Below, piece after piece: positions 62,568 to 64,000 of a DNA stretch of 64,000 nucleotides. The stretch is from NCBI GenBank assembly GCA_963827655.1, contig CAWHCF010000001.1, forward strand, positions 1 through 64,000. Direction: 5' to 3'. A program made the position numbers and the translations under genes. The first letter of the stretch is position 1. Each line of letters opens with the position of its first letter. The notes beneath the pieces were generated by a model, which saw nothing but the letters and a program-made list of their open reading frames with translations, had not been told where the DNA came from and ran no database searches. This stretch comes from an uncultured Acidobacteriota bacterium. Lineage in GTDB: Bacteria; Acidobacteriota; UBA6911.

Positions 62568-64000
62568 ATGCAGACCTTGCCCGAGCTGATTCGCTGGCGC
62601 GCGCGTGTGACTCCCGAAATACCTGCTGTCTGGTTCGAGGGAAGGCAGATCACGTATCGCGAGCTTGACCGGCGCTCCAGCCAGGCAGCCAATGCGCTGA
62701 TCGAGCGCGGAGTGCGTCCGGGAGATCGCGTCTGTGTCCTGGACCAGAATCACGCCGGGTTCATCGAGCTCATGTTTGGTCTGGCCAAGGCCGGCGCGGT
62801 TTACGTTCCGGTGAATTGGCGCCTCGCGCCACCGGAAGTCCGTTACGTGGTCAATGATTCCGAGGCAAAACTCCTCTTCGTGGGCGGCAGCTTCTGCCAG
62901 ATCATCGAAGAGATTGAGGACCAACTCACGACGGTTCGGAAAATCGTTTCTTTTTCAGGTGGCAGTGATGCCTGGGAATCCTACACCGCGATGCTGGACG
63001 GGGCTTCGGAAGCGGACCCCCGGGTTCAGATCGTCGATTCGGAAACCACGTGGCAGCTTTACACCAGCGGGACCACCGGGAGACCGAAGGGAGCGGAATT
63101 AACCACGTCAAACCTGTTTTCTGTTTTCGGCTTTGCCCCCGCGCTCTTCGGAGGAATGCGCGAAGGGGAGCGGACGCTGGTCGTCATGCCGCTCTACCAT
63201 ATCGGCGGATCCGGCTATGCCCTGATGGCGCTCATCGCCGGGAACACGCTGGTGATGATGCGCGAATTCAACCCGGCCAAAGCCCTCGACATCATTCAGG
63301 AACAGAAGGTGAATCACTCATTCCTGGTGCCGGCCGCCCTCCTGTTCATGCTTCAGGCTGAAAACTCCGCCCGGACCAACTCCTCCAGCCTCCGGGCCAT
63401 CGTCTACGGGGCCTCTCCCATTCCCGAGGACCTGCTGCGACGCGCCATGGATCATTTCCGATGCGAATTCTTTCAGGTTTACGGTCTCACAGAAACGACG
63501 GGAGGGGTGACGCGCCTGCGCTTCGAGGATCATCATCTCAACGGACCGCTGGCCCGGCGTCTCAAGTCCTGCGGCCAGCCGCTCTTCGGCGTGGAAGTCC
63601 GGGTAGTGGATTCCGAGGGACAGGATGTGGCGCCCGGAGTCATGGGAGAGATTGTTGTGCGAGGTCCCGTGGTAATGAAGGGCTACTGGCACGACCCCGA
63701 GGCCACCGCCAGAGCCATCCGGGACGGCTGGTTGTACACGGGCGATGCCGGTTACCTGGATGAAGATGGCTACATCTATATTCAGGATCGGGTAAAGGAC
63801 ATGATTGTCTCGGGCGGCGAAAACATCTATCCCGCCGAAGTGGAGAGCTGCCTTTTCGGACATCCGGCGGTGGCCGACGTGGCGGTCATTGGAATACCGG
63901 ATGAACGGTGGGGTGAAGCCGTGAAAGCCGTGGTCGTGTTAAAGCCCGATACGGCGGTCGGCGCCGAAGAGTTGATTGAATTCTGCAAAGGGAAGATTGC
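62568..64000 (+). CDS. long-chain fatty acid--CoA ligase (AMP-binding), truncated by the window end
   Basis: Manual translation: YTSGTTGRPKG, YGLTE, GWLYTGDAG, DRVKDMIVSGGENIYPAEVE. Confidence 0.92.
   Translation, partial: MQTLPELIRWRARVTPEIPAVWFEGRQITYRELDRRSSQAANALIERGVRPGDRVCVLDQNHAGFIELMFGLAKAGAVYVPVNWRLAPPEVRYVVNDSEAKLLFVGGSFCQIIEEIEDQLTTVRKIVSFSGGSDAWESYTAMLDGASEADPRVQIVDSETTWQLYTSGTTGRPKGAELTTSNLFSVFGFAPALFGGMREGERTLVVMPLYHIGGSGYALMALIAGNTLVMMREFNPAKALDIIQEQKVNHSFLVPAALLFMLQAENSARTNSSSLRAIVYGASPIPEDLLRRAMDHFRCEFFQVYGLTETTGGVTRLRFEDHHLNGPLARRLKSCGQPLFGVEVRVVDSEGQDVAPGVMGEIVVRGPVVMKGYWHDPEATARAIRDGWLYTGDAGYLDEDGYIYIQDRVKDMIVSGGENIYPAEVESCLFGHPAVADVAVIGIPDERWGEAVKAVVVLKPDTAVGAEELIEFCKGKI

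Overview
This is a GC-rich bacterial chromosomal segment. Gene content suggests Acidobacteriota: carboxypeptidase-domain TonB receptors, several PQQ-like beta-propellers, ThuA, ceramidase-like and Cu-monooxygenase-like proteins. About 45 CDS are present, including acnA, pip, thrC, RND and ABC exporters, a beta-propeller phytase, a GMC oxidase-hydrolase fusion and three type II toxin-antitoxin pairs. I found no rRNA, tRNA, CRISPR array, integrase or transposase. Many genes carry 1-2 nt frameshifts, most simply explained as long-read indel errors. The most striking structure is non-coding: about 20 copies of a palindromic repeat family (CTTCGYGTCTT / GAAGACRCGAAG units) sit at many gene boundaries. 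These repeats bracket small cassettes: two TA modules, a cupin gene and a ~6 kb AT-richer surface-protein island. Next to these cassettes are duplicated or orphan gene ends: a 53-bp copy of the mutS-like 3' end, an orphan 40-codon FG-GAP C-terminus, and a mini-gene made only of the N- and C-terminal caps of the neighbouring beta-helix protein. I infer a possible repeat-guided cassette insertion and gene-end swapping system with no integrase in the window. All product calls come from motif recognition by eye, not database searches.
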